Virus record (IMG/VR): IMGVR_UViG_3300048804_000006 | Location: 1-63,741 of that record | DNA: 63,741 nt | From: a virus | Lineage: Duplodnaviria; Caudoviricetes | Direction: 5' to 3' (one strand) | In this document: positions 27,909 to 37,036 of the stretch, piece after piece | Position numbering within the stretch: position 1 is the stretch's first letter | Layout: every line of letters begins with the position of its first letter | The notes under the pieces: generated by a model | Told to the model about the DNA's origin: nothing | What the model saw: the letters and a program-made list of their open reading frames with translations, nothing else | The model's database searches: none | Translations under genes and position numbers: made by a program

Positions 27909-28715
27909 TCACGCCGCCATCAATCGGCGGTAGTAATGGTCAAAGTTTCGGTTCTGCTGGTTATATTCCCACGCGCTCGCGGGACTGTCGTAAATTGCCC
28001 AGGGGAAAAAATATAAGTAATTTATTTCCTGAGCGGAGAGGGCGCGGTTGTAGATGGAGACGGAGGAGATAAGGGAAGCCGATACGTTTCCGACTGCTCT
28101 TCCTCCAATTATTAAAGGATTGGCATTGCTTACGGTTTTTCCGGCTGTCATATCAGCATTGGTGCCGATACTTTTGCCATCGACATATCCGGTTATCCTA
28201 TTAGCCACGCACACCATAAAAAGATGATGCAGCAAACTGTCCGCGATATTTACCGCCCCCATGACTCTCGAATAGGTCCCGTTGACGCTATCCGCCCGAA
28301 TCAGGAAATCGGCTACGTTTAGGTCGTTTATATCAATATCCCATGCACCTGTTGTTGTCGTCCGCGGCCATGCCCCTATGATCGCCTTGTTTGCCCCACT
28401 TGCTGCAATAGCTACCCATAAGCCAATGCTGAAATTAGGAACAAACGGCATTGTGGGATTGTTTGGCACCGTCACATAATCATTACTCCCATCAAACGCC
28501 AGCGCCGCACCATGAGGACCGGGAACCCATCCGGAGGTGGGGGACATGGGGGCCATGCCGATCATGCGTCCGTCGTTCATACCCACCGAGTCATGCACAA
28601 GGTCGCCCATGCCCTCTGAAAAATTCCACATGGAAACCAAGCCCTGAGCAAGCGAATGCTGGCGATTGATCGGAACTCCAAAAATAGGTTTGATGGGGCT
28701 AAGCCATTCACTCAT
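27909..28715 (-). CDS. LamG/concanavalin A-like domain virion protein
   Basis: GLVSMWNFSEG.G...D, ALAFDGSNDYV, YVDG, IYNRALSAQEI. Confidence 0.9.
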   Translation of the reverse strand: MSEWLSPIKPIFGVPINRQHSLAQGLVSMWNFSEGMGDLVHDSVGMNDGRMIGMAPMSPTSGWVPGPHGAALAFDGSNDYVTVPNNPTMPFVPNFSIGLWVAIAASGANKAIIGAWPRTTTTGAWDIDINDLNVADFLIRADSVNGTYSRVMGAVNIADSLLHHLFMVCVANRITGYVDGKSIGTNADMTAGKTVSNANPLIIGGRAVGNVSASLISSVSIYNRALSAQEINYLYFFPWAIYDSPASAWEYNQQNRNFDHYYRRLMAA

Positions 28716-29362
28716 GAGTCAGCACCTACCGCAGTTTGATAACAAATTTCACAGTTCGCAATCGTCGCGTCCAGGATGAAGATTTTCTTATTGATGTAGT
28801 TCAAGTGTCCTGCCACGGGATTATCCACCGCGATCACCTTTTGACCGCTTGCCGCCTGAGATTTCACGTCCAATTTGAATGCCGTTTTCCCGGCGCACAT
28901 CACGAAGGAAAACAGTTTCGTCCACTCATTCACCGTGGCTTCATTCCGGACCGACACCAAAAACTCAGTGCCAAGGTGGGCCGTTGTGCCGACGATAGCG
29001 CATTGAAGATGAAGCATGGCGGAGCGGACCAAGGAAAGATCGGCCTCAACGGGGATCGCCGCCGCAGCTCCAAGGGCGATGGATGTCCAGTCCAGCAGTT
29101 CGATGTTCTGATATTTCGAGAGGGCCGTGAGTCCGGTCAGCCCGGTCATGCGGATCTTGGCCATGATCGTTGATCCCGTCGCGCCGTAATTGTTGTTTAC
29201 GATCACCCGAAGGCCGAAAACCTTCTCCGCGTCGATGGGGATCGCTACCGTTTCAACCGCCTCCCCCGCTGAGCCCGCGGCGTTGATGGAGTACAAATCC
29301 GCCGTATTTTCGTGAGTGAATTGCAAATTGTCTAAGACTTCAATGGTGTCTATAGCTGCCAT
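28712..29362 (-). CDS. Putative virion protein
   Basis: Beta-rich ORF coupled to the LamG gene. Confidence 0.65.
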   Translation of the reverse strand: MAAIDTIEVLDNLQFTHENTADLYSINAAGSAGEAVETVAIPIDAEKVFGLRVIVNNNYGATGSTIMAKIRMTGLTGLTALSKYQNIELLDWTSIALGAAAAIPVEADLSLVRSAMLHLQCAIVGTTAHLGTEFLVSVRNEATVNEWTKLFSFVMCAGKTAFKLDVKSQAASGQKVIAVDNPVAGHLNYINKKIFILDATIANCEICYQTAVGADS

Positions 29363-29626
29363 TTATTTCACCGCCTCAGTTGCTTTCGGATCTTCCCGGT
29401 TGAGCTTCGCCAGGCACGTCGAAATAAAATTCTTTTCCGCGGCCTTCTTTGTCTGCCATCCGTCACGAGCCTTCACGGCGGCTGTGATGAATTCTGCAAT
29501 TCCTTTTTCATCCGGTCGGCAACGGACAGTCACGGAAACCGATTCATCGCCTTCCGTCCATACCCCCGTGACCGTATGCTGTCCGGTCGTGTCCGCGTCG
29601 TCTGCTATGGTGATCGACCAGCTCAT
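29363..29626 (-). CDS. Hypothetical protein
   Basis: Packed ORF with SD. Confidence 0.7.
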   Translation of the reverse strand: MSWSITIADDADTTGQHTVTGVWTEGDESVSVTVRCRPDEKGIAEFITAAVKARDGWQTKKAAEKNFISTCLAKLNREDPKATEAVK

Positions 29627-29719
29627 TTTCTACCCCTTTTATTCTTCTTCTTTCTCTTGGCACGCTTAACCTTAATCGCTTCTTCCTTCTGCTTCGCTAT
29701 GCCGGTTTTCATTATAACC

Positions 29720-30145
29720 TCATAATAGTAAGATTGCAAGTCCCGCGAGAACCCCGCCGATGCCCACGCCGGTTAGGTATTTGGTCATGTTCTGCGTGAA
29801 TGTTGGAGTCGCTGCTTTCACCTGGGCCTCACACGCCTTGTCTTTCATGTCGGACATTTTCGTGTTCATCTCACTCATGTTCTTATAGACCACTATTTGA
29901 TCCTCGTATAACTTGATCGTCCCCCGGAGAATGTCCACCTGAGTCTGGAGTTCGGCATTCCCACCCGCCTGAGTCGATAATTGAGCCTCAGCGATCTTTG
30001 CTTGCTCTAAGGCCACAACCATAGCCCCTGCCGTCTTGTCATCAAAACAGACCCCCTGGGCGAAGCTATTTAGCGGGAATAGGAGGATAGCCAAGAGCAG
30101 TAAAGCGATCCCGTATTTCTTTATTCGTTGTAGGCGTGGGGACAT
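29720..30145 (-). CDS. Spanin-like protein (signal peptide, coiled coil, C-terminal TM)
   Basis: Probable start MSPRLQ; overlaps the upstream TM/coiled-coil gene; in the lysis cassette. Confidence 0.55.
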   Translation of the reverse strand: MSPRLQRIKKYGIALLLLAILLFPLNSFAQGVCFDDKTAGAMVVALEQAKIAEAQLSTQAGGNAELQTQVDILRGTIKLYEDQIVVYKNMSEMNTKMSDMKDKACEAQVKAATPTFTQNMTKYLTGVGIGGVLAGLAILLL

Positions 30146-30521
30146 TCTCCTTCTCCTTCTGAAGTGCGATGTATCGGTTTGCCATAGCAGTGTATTTGTC
30201 ATAGGACACCGTGAGTCTGGATTGATAGTCCCGGATCGTGGCTTCTTTCCCTGCGATCTGAGCCGCGTATTGCTTCTCAAGTTCCACCTTCATCTCGTTG
30301 ATGGTCTGCTGCGGAGTAATGGGAAGTTTGGGTTTAGGCCAAAAGATAAAAGCAAGGATGGTAATCGCGACGAGAACAATCACCCCTGTTATCAATTTGG
30401 CTTTCCAGTCCCATTGCAAGGGGAGCTTGGCTTTGACAATGATAGCCTCAGCCTTGATTTGATCGTCAGCCTTCTGTACCGCTCTACTTACCATATCCTC
30501 AGCATTCTGCAACGTACCCAT
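30066..30521 (-). CDS. Inner-membrane spanin-like protein
   Basis: Single TM plus coiled coil, downstream of the endolysin and holin. Confidence 0.55.
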   Translation of the reverse strand: MGTLQNAEDMVSRAVQKADDQIKAEAIIVKAKLPLQWDWKAKLITGVIVLVAITILAFIFWPKPKLPITPQQTINEMKVELEKQYAAQIAGKEATIRDYQSRLTVSYDKYTAMANRYIALQKEKENVPTPTTNKEIRDRFTALGYPPIPAK

Positions 30522-30530
30522 AACGCCTCC

Positions 30531-30809
30531 TCATTTCGTATCTCCCGTCACCGTCTTTGATGCTGTCTCAATAGTCGTTGTCGTGTTCGGCGGTTGCTTC
30601 CCCATAGCCTCTGCAAACATCCCTATCGCCTTACCTCCTATCACCAGACCTGCAAAAGTGTAGACGCCTGCGGGAATGTCCGCCATCATTCTTGTGTAAA
30701 TGCTCACGAACATCCATGTGTAAAGGACTGTAAGTACCGTAACAATGCTGAGGAACCTACCGGAGGATTCAGGTGCGTTCTTGTCGAGAAGTTTGTCGAA
30801 GAAGGTCAT
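30531..30809 (-). CDS. Putative holin
   Basis: ESSGRF motif, two TM helices, adjacent to the endolysin. Confidence 0.7.
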   Translation of the reverse strand: MTFFDKLLDKNAPESSGRFLSIVTVLTVLYTWMFVSIYTRMMADIPAGVYTFAGLVIGGKAIGMFAEAMGKQPPNTTTTIETASKTVTGDTK

Positions 30810-30813
30810 CGCA

Positions 30814-31245
30814 TCACCCTACAAAAAGATAAATCCTATGTTGGTCTTTTCCTAATGGGGCGATATCCGCATGAACCCAAGTAACAGATTTTTCCATTCT
30901 CCGAATCAATTCCAGATGGGGATCATCTTGATGCATCTTGATCTCAGTCCGCGCTTCCTCAGCGGTCATCCCCAAGACATCAAAATCAAACGCCATTCCA
31001 CGCTTGTGGTATGACCCTATAGCCCCTATCGTACATGACGGCCCTCTGTATCCCCTGAATTGGAATGGACCGCCCCAGAGCCAGTTATTGATGGTTATAG
31101 AGACATTAAAATAAGTCCTGATCCCGTGGAGCATGTCGATTGCATTCTGGGGAAAGAAATTCCAGCACCCTTCCCCGTAATCCGCAAAGGACCGCGAGTC
31201 GACCAACTCTTCGAGTCTGAATTTGAAACCTTCCGGGAGAATCAT
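30814..31245 (-). CDS. Endolysin, peptidase M15 family
   Basis: ITINNW..RGYR, SYH..G.AFD, WVHAD. Confidence 0.85.
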   Translation of the reverse strand: MILPEGFKFRLEELVDSRSFADYGEGCWNFFPQNAIDMLHGIRTYFNVSITINNWLWGGPFQFRGYRGPSCTIGAIGSYHKRGMAFDFDVLGMTAEEARTEIKMHQDDPHLELIRRMEKSVTWVHADIAPLGKDQHRIYLFVG

Positions 31246-31246
31246 C

Positions 31247-31516
31247 TCACAACCTCAGCAGCAAAATCAAAATAATGATGAAGATAATCCCGCCACCGCC
31301 GTGATAGTACCCGTTCCAACCGTGGAATCCGTAGTACCCGCCACCAAAGAACCCGAATAGAAGCAGGATCAAAAGAACGACGACCAGCGTACTGAGCCCT
31401 TTAATGCTGAATAGCTTGCATTCTGTTGGATCTTTCATGACTTCCTCCTCTATCCTTGTAGTTTCTTTTCCAGTTCTTCTGTCTTCGCCGCCTACCCTTT
31501 CTGATACTCCATCCAC
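31247..31516 (-). CDS. Small Gly-rich membrane protein (DUF3309-like)
   Basis: LILLLFG..GGGYYG...GGGIIFIIILILLL; start uncertain. Confidence 0.6.
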   Translation of the reverse strand: MDGVSERVGGEDRRTGKETTRIEEEVMKDPTECKLFSIKGLSTLVVVLLILLLFGFFGGGYYGFHGWNGYYHGGGGIIFIIILILLLRL

Positions 31517-31740
31517 TCACAATAGAAACCACCGTCTGGCTTTGGCTCCATGTCTTGAATTAGGGGCACGGATGTACGATTGTTGGCACTTCCGTTCGAG
31601 TCAAACACAGCAAGGTTAACACACCTGTCGTCCCAAACATGGCAGATGATTGCTGCGAGTTTCTTGCCTGGCTCATATGCGAAAGGCTCCGTTTTTTGCG
31701 GTGTATACAAAACTACCCTTCCGACTGTCGGTTTAATCAT
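31492..31740 (-). CDS. Phage hypothetical protein
   Basis: KPTVGRVVLY...AAII..V...VNLAVFD.NG pattern. Confidence 0.75.
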   Translation of the reverse strand: MIKPTVGRVVLYTPQKTEPFAYEPGKKLAAIICHVWDDRCVNLAVFDSNGSANNRTSVPLIQDMEPKPDGGFYCEWMEYQKG

Positions 31741-31749
31741 GACTTCCTC

Positions 31750-32400
31750 CTATTTCTTTAAGACCCCGTCTTTACCAGGATCACCCTTGTCGCCTTTCGG
31801 TCCCTTGTCACCTTTTCCAAATAAACTGACTCCACCCCTGTCGCCTTTTTCCCCTTTGTATCCTTGAACGCCTTGAATCCCGGGATACCCTCTTGCGCCT
31901 CTGCCGACGTCAGCATTCGCTATTACTTCAAACTGTTCGCTTTCTGCGGATACGATTACGGTTCTCAGTGGATTCACCTTATACGCCACACTCCACCACA
32001 GATTATAAATCCCCGGTTCTGCCATTTTTGGAATCGGGATAGGAACTACATCGTTATCTTTCCCTATGGGTGCCGTGGTTATGGACTCCCGGAGGTCGTG
32101 CTTATAGGTGTTCACGAGTTTTCGCGTCAAGACACCGTGAATTTGCATCTTCTTCTCATAAGATATTTTGTAGATAAGATCATCACCAGCCTTTACCTGC
32201 TTGCCGGGATTCATAATCTTGATCGCACCCTTATCGGTAAGTGGAGTAATGGTCAGCGGGACATAAGGCCACCAAAGCCAGTAACCGACCACTCCTGTAT
32301 AGGCAACCAGAACGGCAAGGAATACGTCAAACGCAATCGTCTTAACTATTTCCAGCAATGAACTTCCCGGAATCTTCCGTCTTTCAATGCACCTTGTCAT
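31750..32400 (-). CDS. Membrane protein with C-terminal collagen-like repeats
   Basis: N-terminal TM; G-X-Y runs GARGYPGIQGVQGYKGEKGDRG and GDKGPKGDKGDPGKDG. Confidence 0.75.
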   Translation of the reverse strand: MTRCIERRKIPGSSLLEIVKTIAFDVFLAVLVAYTGVVGYWLWWPYVPLTITPLTDKGAIKIMNPGKQVKAGDDLIYKISYEKKMQIHGVLTRKLVNTYKHDLRESITTAPIGKDNDVVPIPIPKMAEPGIYNLWWSVAYKVNPLRTVIVSAESEQFEVIANADVGRGARGYPGIQGVQGYKGEKGDRGGVSLFGKGDKGPKGDKGDPGKDGVLKK

Positions 32401-32654
32401 TTGTACACCGCCTCTCCTGCTGTTCCAACAGTAGCGTGTCGATGAAGCAGTTTATCAACACCTTCATGGGTCAACCGACATATCTCCACATCGGCCTTAT
32501 CTTTTAAGTCAGCCTTAACACTTGCAATATCTGTTTTGATCCCACCTATCCACATCTTGATAAAGAACCCAAGCAGTACGAGGAGGATCGTATTTACCCC
32601 CAAAAGTAGTTGCCAGTTATCCATGCCCTTACCTCCCTGTTCATATTGGCTCAC
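32397..32654 (-). CDS. Small TM/coiled-coil protein (holin-like)
   Basis: TM followed by coiled coil; likely start MDNWQ. Confidence 0.55.
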   Translation of the reverse strand: MSQYEQGGKGMDNWQLLLGVNTILLVLLGFFIKMWIGGIKTDIASVKADLKDKADVEICRLTHEGVDKLLHRHATVGTAGEAVYK

Positions 32655-32938
32655 TCAACTCTATCCTTATCCGGGTTCGCAAACTCCGGGTTCTCGATGT
32701 TCAGTAAGTGCTGGATTTCATGGGCTGCGACCAGTTTGTCCATCACAATCTTCCCATCAATCATCTTCCCGCTGATCCGCATTTCAAACGTCGGCGGTCT
32801 GCCCGGTATCGTTTCCCACTTTGCGCTCCATCCAGTTTCCTTCTCTGCGCTGTAAATGGTCACGCTCAGATTTGGGATCAGCACCGTCTTGCTGAATGAC
32901 GGATTGATAAGGTAATTTATCTTGTCGGTGAGGGTCAT
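32651..32938 (-). CDS. HEXXH-motif protein
   Basis: AAHEIQHLL. Confidence 0.6.
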   Translation of the reverse strand: MTLTDKINYLINPSFSKTVLIPNLSVTIYSAEKETGWSAKWETIPGRPPTFEMRISGKMIDGKIVMDKLVAAHEIQHLLNIENPEFANPDKDRVE

Positions 32939-33024
32939 TTAATCGCCTGCAATACCAATAGATAAATAGTGAGATTAGTCCTGCTGCTCCGATCGCTACT
33001 GCTATTGGTTCCATTTAGTCACCT

Positions 33025-34122
33025 TTAAGCAATCACCACTCCAAATGAACCAACGACAGTCCACTTTCCATTCGTGTAAAGCAGTGTCACGGCCTGTCCT
33101 AATGCCGCCATTGTGATGGTTGTGAATCCTGCTCCACCGCCATCAGGAGTAATGACATCCGTTTGTCCGCCGGATGTAAGCGTTTTAAGGACGATATATT
33201 TTACCTGCCCCTCTACTCCTGCCGCGAGAGTTAGGACAGTCCCTACTCCATTGGTCACGACATGAGTTATCGCCGTTTGGACGCTAATAGCCCCCGCAGA
33301 TGAGACAATATCAGGTGTGCCGCTGTGGACGAATTTGGTCACAGATTTAAGTGCTCCTGTTCCCGCTGGAGTAATAACAACATCAAGATTATCTCCGCCT
33401 GTTCCCGCCGTTTCTGCCGTGACATTTACCGAGGCTCCCTGTACGCCGGTGAAGGTCAGGCGTTCGTAGTTGGAAGCGTCGGTATTAAGAATGGAAACGG
33501 ATGCTGCGGTTTTAACGTCAAGTGGCTTTTGAGGTAAAATGGTCCCGATGCCGACGTTGTTTACAAAGTAAGTCACTCCCGCCGCATTCACCCACCCAGA
33601 TACTGCTCCCGTAGAGGTCAGAAACACTGCTTGAGGCAACTGGACGCTCGTCGGCGTCTGTGCTGCAAGCGTACCCGTGCTGTCCACCGTACAGGTCAAG
33701 CTGGTAAGCCATGCAGTGATATACATTGTCACTGGGCCAGTAGGATGAATGACTGTAGTGCCGACGATGGAATCTGTCGTTGAGGTTCGCCAGCCTGCAA
33801 GAGTCGCATCAGCCTGATTTGAGAAAGTCAGGGTGGTGGTGCTTCTGGCAATCGTACCAAGGAATCCTGAATTGACTATCGCCGGACCCTTGGAGATGGA
33901 AGGGGAGGCGTAGACTGGGGCGGGGGTTTTGTCGCCGATTGTACCGGGCGCAGAAAGGTCAACACTACTGGCCTTCACTGCCCAATTCGTACCATCATAG
34001 CAAACATAAGTTAATTTAGTGTTGGTCTCATATAACTCCGAGCCAACGGAAACGCCTGTCGGTTTTGCATCGGTTGATAGACCAATAAATCTCTGGATTG
34101 TGGTAACGAGAATTGCGGCCAT
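33025..34122 (-). CDS. Putative head fibre / appendage protein
   Basis: GLSTDAKP..GSELYET.T...YDGTNW N-terminus, NVGIGT..P...LDV motif, beta-rich. Confidence 0.7.
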   Translation of the reverse strand: MAAILVTTIQRFIGLSTDAKPTGVSVGSELYETNTKLTYVCYDGTNWAVKASSVDLSAPGTIGDKTPAPVYASPSISKGPAIVNSGFLGTIARSTTTLTFSNQADATLAGWRTSTTDSIVGTTVIHPTGPVTMYITAWLTSLTCTVDSTGTLAAQTPTSVQLPQAVFLTSTGAVSGWVNAAGVTYFVNNVGIGTILPQKPLDVKTAASVSILNTDASNYERLTFTGVQGASVNVTAETAGTGGDNLDVVITPAGTGALKSVTKFVHSGTPDIVSSAGAISVQTAITHVVTNGVGTVLTLAAGVEGQVKYIVLKTLTSGGQTDVITPDGGGAGFTTITMAALGQAVTLLYTNGKWTVVGSFGVVIA

Positions 34123-34136
34123 TGCGAGGCCCTCCT

Positions 34137-34289
34137 TTATTTAATGGACCATGCCGATCCGTTATAGACGTAGGTTAGTTTTGTATCATATTCATAAAAT
34201 TCTGACCCGGTAGGCGCGTCAGTAGTTGGTTTGACATCGCCTGACAATCCGACATATCGTTTGATTATTCCGATCAATGTAACAGCCAT
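34137..34289 (-). CDS. 50-aa paralog of the N-terminal domain of 33025..34122
   Basis: MAVTLIGIIKRYVGLSGDVKPTTDAPTGSEFYEYDTKLTYVYNGSAWSIK; below the track cutoff. Confidence 0.8.
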   Translation of the reverse strand: MAVTLIGIIKRYVGLSGDVKPTTDAPTGSEFYEYDTKLTYVYNGSAWSIK

Positions 34290-34354
34290 CACACTATCCT
34301 CATGTTAAGGCCGGGGAGGGCCAGTCGCGCACCCTCCACCGGGAATGGGGTTAA

Positions 34355-34891
34355 TTAAAGCAGAGCCTCCACGTAGGCACCCGCATCAATGGGAGCGTAC
34401 AGGAGTCCGAATCGCAGAGTCCCGGCAGTTGCATCGGCAACCGAAGACAGGAACCCGATCTTTCCAAGGCTATCGACACCTAAAACTGTCGGAGCCATTC
34501 CGAGAATCATGGTGATATTCCCGAGGGCAAAGTAGGAAATGCCGGGAGCTGCGGTAACTGCCACAGCCTGCCCAACGGTAATTCCGTCAAAGCTGATCCG
34601 GCGACCGTAAGCGAAGGTATCCATGCTGGTACAAACCGTGGAGATGGCGGCCACGGCAACGGATGGGGTGTTCTGGATGTAGTTGAAAACAGCCTGGCAA
34701 GCCCCGGCGATGGTTGTTCCAACTTCAGCCCACAGGCCAAGAACTTTGATCCGGTTGACAACCTTGAAGGGATATGTTTGCGCCTTTGTTCCCCAAACGG
34801 TGTAGGAAATATCTGCCGTCTCAACAAACAATCCATTGTTAAGATCGCCGACCACTCCAATTGTTGAAGCACTGTAATTTCTTGAAGACAT
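34355..34891 (-). CDS. Putative capsid decoration protein
   Basis: Beta-rich, downstream of the MCP. Confidence 0.6.
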   Translation of the reverse strand: MSSRNYSASTIGVVGDLNNGLFVETADISYTVWGTKAQTYPFKVVNRIKVLGLWAEVGTTIAGACQAVFNYIQNTPSVAVAAISTVCTSMDTFAYGRRISFDGITVGQAVAVTAAPGISYFALGNITMILGMAPTVLGVDSLGKIGFLSSVADATAGTLRFGLLYAPIDAGAYVEALL

Positions 34892-34900
34892 TGAATCCTC

Positions 34901-35074
34901 CTATTTCCCCTTTTTCACAGGGGCTTCGGCTTTGACTGGCTCCGGTGCCGGTTCATGGTTAATTTCGGGTTTTGCAACTTTAGCCTTGGGGATCGCTGCA
35001 ATCGCCAACGTAATCTCCTCCTTGGCAATCTGACGGGCGACTTCCATCACCCACGCCATTTCATCTCGTAACAT
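34901..35074 (-). CDS. 57-aa Pro/Lys/Ala-rich protein
   Basis: MLRDEMAW...PVKKGK with GAGGAGG SD. Confidence 0.65.
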   Translation of the reverse strand: MLRDEMAWVMEVARQIAKEEITLAIAAIPKAKVAKPEINHEPAPEPVKAEAPVKKGK

Positions 35075-35132
35075 TTTACCTCCTCTCCGAACGGGATGGC
35101 CCTTGCTTACAGGCCACCCCGAACAGATTGAT

Positions 35133-35627
35133 TTAGATCACCGCCTGCGCTGTCACATTGGCATCCTGGAACCGCCCACCGCTGAGAATCGCGATTGCGG
35201 AACCAACCGACGCAACACCCGGATCAGCAATGCACAGCCTGAATCCGATGTGGTTGGCGAGCAGCATAGCCGCCTTGACTTCAATCACATAGAACACCGG
35301 GGTGCCGGTTGCAACCGGGATGAGGCCAGCCGCAGCCGTGGTCGTCCAAGTCCGCGCACCATGGACATCACCGTTCGCGAGGATCAGCGAGGTCTCATAG
35401 CGGTAGTACGGGAACATGATCTGAGTGGCAACGGAAGGGGTAACATCCAGGCAGGATTCGACAGTAACTACCGCCGCTGCAATAGGAGACCCAAAAGCGA
35501 TTACGATCAATGCCTGATCGAAATTCTGCATCAAACACACGACAGGACTTTTAGCCGCCGCCAGATCGTTAATGTCTTTCGGCGTATACAGGTTTACGAG
35601 ATGGACATCTTCTAATTTTACTTTCAT
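35133..35627 (-). CDS. Putative capsid cement/decoration protein
   Basis: First gene after the MCP; jelly-roll-like composition. Confidence 0.65.
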   Translation of the reverse strand: MKVKLEDVHLVNLYTPKDINDLAAAKSPVVCLMQNFDQALIVIAFGSPIAAAVVTVESCLDVTPSVATQIMFPYYRYETSLILANGDVHGARTWTTTAAAGLIPVATGTPVFYVIEVKAAMLLANHIGFRLCIADPGVASVGSAIAILSGGRFQDANVTAQAVI

Positions 35628-35700
35628 GATGATCTCCTTTTCTTGTTATGGGGGAGATCACCTCCCCCGTTTAAGTTGACCGTTTACAATTTACCGCTTA

Positions 35701-37011
35701 CTACCGAGACGCGAGGACCACGAAATCCGACTGAGTTGCAGCAGCGGTCCCCTTGTAGGGAGTTAAAGCTGTTGCACGAACAGGTTGGCCGTCGACGCGC
35801 AGAACGAACCGGAAAACTTGCTCATCATAGATGAATCTCACGTGGATCGACACATCGGACTGGACCCCACCCTTCTGGGCCAGAATGTACCCACCGAAGT
35901 TGGCAAGGATGATATCACCCACATCGCCAAGAGCACTCGCCTGTTCAATCGGGATGACCGGGCGACCCAAAAGCGATCCATAGGGTGCGCCACTGATTCC
36001 ACCGGGCGGCATGTAGATCAACTGCCCACCCAAGCCTACAGCAAGGCTCATCTGATACATCTGCGGGAGGCACATCTGGTTGACGTACCAAGCGGAATTG
36101 AGATAACTTCCGGCAAATATGCGAGCCGACATGTTGATGACATTCTGCGCAACGATGGTATCCGCAGCCTGCCCACCCTCTTTGGCAACCGTGACCAAGC
36201 AACCGGAATTGAGAATGCCCAGAGGCTGTCCCGCACCCGTCCCACGAAGGATTGAATCGTCCACAACGAACGCGAACTCAGCGGGAAACGCTGCACGAAT
36301 GAAACCTTCGAGAGCTGCCGCATCTGCCAGAAGTTCGTCGGTCGCGTAACACAGGCCGATTAACTTATGGAGATTGAGTTCGATCTTGCGGAACTTCGGT
36401 TTCGACTTGGTTTTCTCGTCGGCTTCGTCGGCCCAGTAAGCCTGAATCCCACCCTGTCTGGAGCCGGTTGCGCGGGAGGTCTCGTCAACACCATTGATCT
36501 TGATGGAGTTGGCGTTTGCGCTGATCGGCTGAGGACGGCACCTGGGGGCCAAAATCGCCTGAGACACGAGATCTTTCAGGAGGTCGTTGACAAAATCCTG
36601 CTGCACAAGGAATCCGCCATCGGACTGTACGGTTTCGTTGAGGCCGGATGCCGCTGCATTGAACAGTCTGGGGTCTGCCGAGCCACCCGGACGCGCTGCG
36701 TTAACTACCGCAACCATCTGAGCGCCGAGGGAGCCGAATTTCTCCTTGTCGGTGCGAACAGCGGGTTTATCGACATGACTCTGAACTGTCTTGGCCGGTT
36801 CGGAAGCGGTAAGCCCTGCCGCAACTCGTTCTTGGCGCTCAGAGGTATTCACGGATGCTTTGATGTTTTCGACCTCATCCAGCATCTCGTTTTTCAGGGA
36901 GACTTCACTGGCAATGAGTTCACGGTTTTCTGCCGTGGCTTTCGCATCGATATCCGCAACCTTCTTCATGAGATTGGCGATATCCTGCTTGTACTGACTG
37001 ATTGTTTTCAT
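35701..37011 (-). CDS. HK97-fold major capsid protein with N-terminal delta domain
   Basis: DGGFLV, W.DE..EK..S.PKF, ELLAD, GTGAGQPLGILN, LLGRPV, RVDGQP; probable start MKTISQ. Confidence 0.95.
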   Translation of the reverse strand: MKTISQYKQDIANLMKKVADIDAKATAENRELIASEVSLKNEMLDEVENIKASVNTSERQERVAAGLTASEPAKTVQSHVDKPAVRTDKEKFGSLGAQMVAVVNAARPGGSADPRLFNAAASGLNETVQSDGGFLVQQDFVNDLLKDLVSQAILAPRCRPQPISANANSIKINGVDETSRATGSRQGGIQAYWADEADEKTKSKPKFRKIELNLHKLIGLCYATDELLADAAALEGFIRAAFPAEFAFVVDDSILRGTGAGQPLGILNSGCLVTVAKEGGQAADTIVAQNVINMSARIFAGSYLNSAWYVNQMCLPQMYQMSLAVGLGGQLIYMPPGGISGAPYGSLLGRPVIPIEQASALGDVGDIILANFGGYILAQKGGVQSDVSIHVRFIYDEQVFRFVLRVDGQPVRATALTPYKGTAAATQSDFVVLASR

Positions 37012-37036
37012 TATAGATCCTCCTGTTGAATAATTG

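Noticed and set aside
35103-37029. Long plus-strand ORFs (e.g. 36367..37029, 35785..36255, 35103..35615)
   Set aside because: They are antisense shadows of well-supported capsid genes, with no motifs
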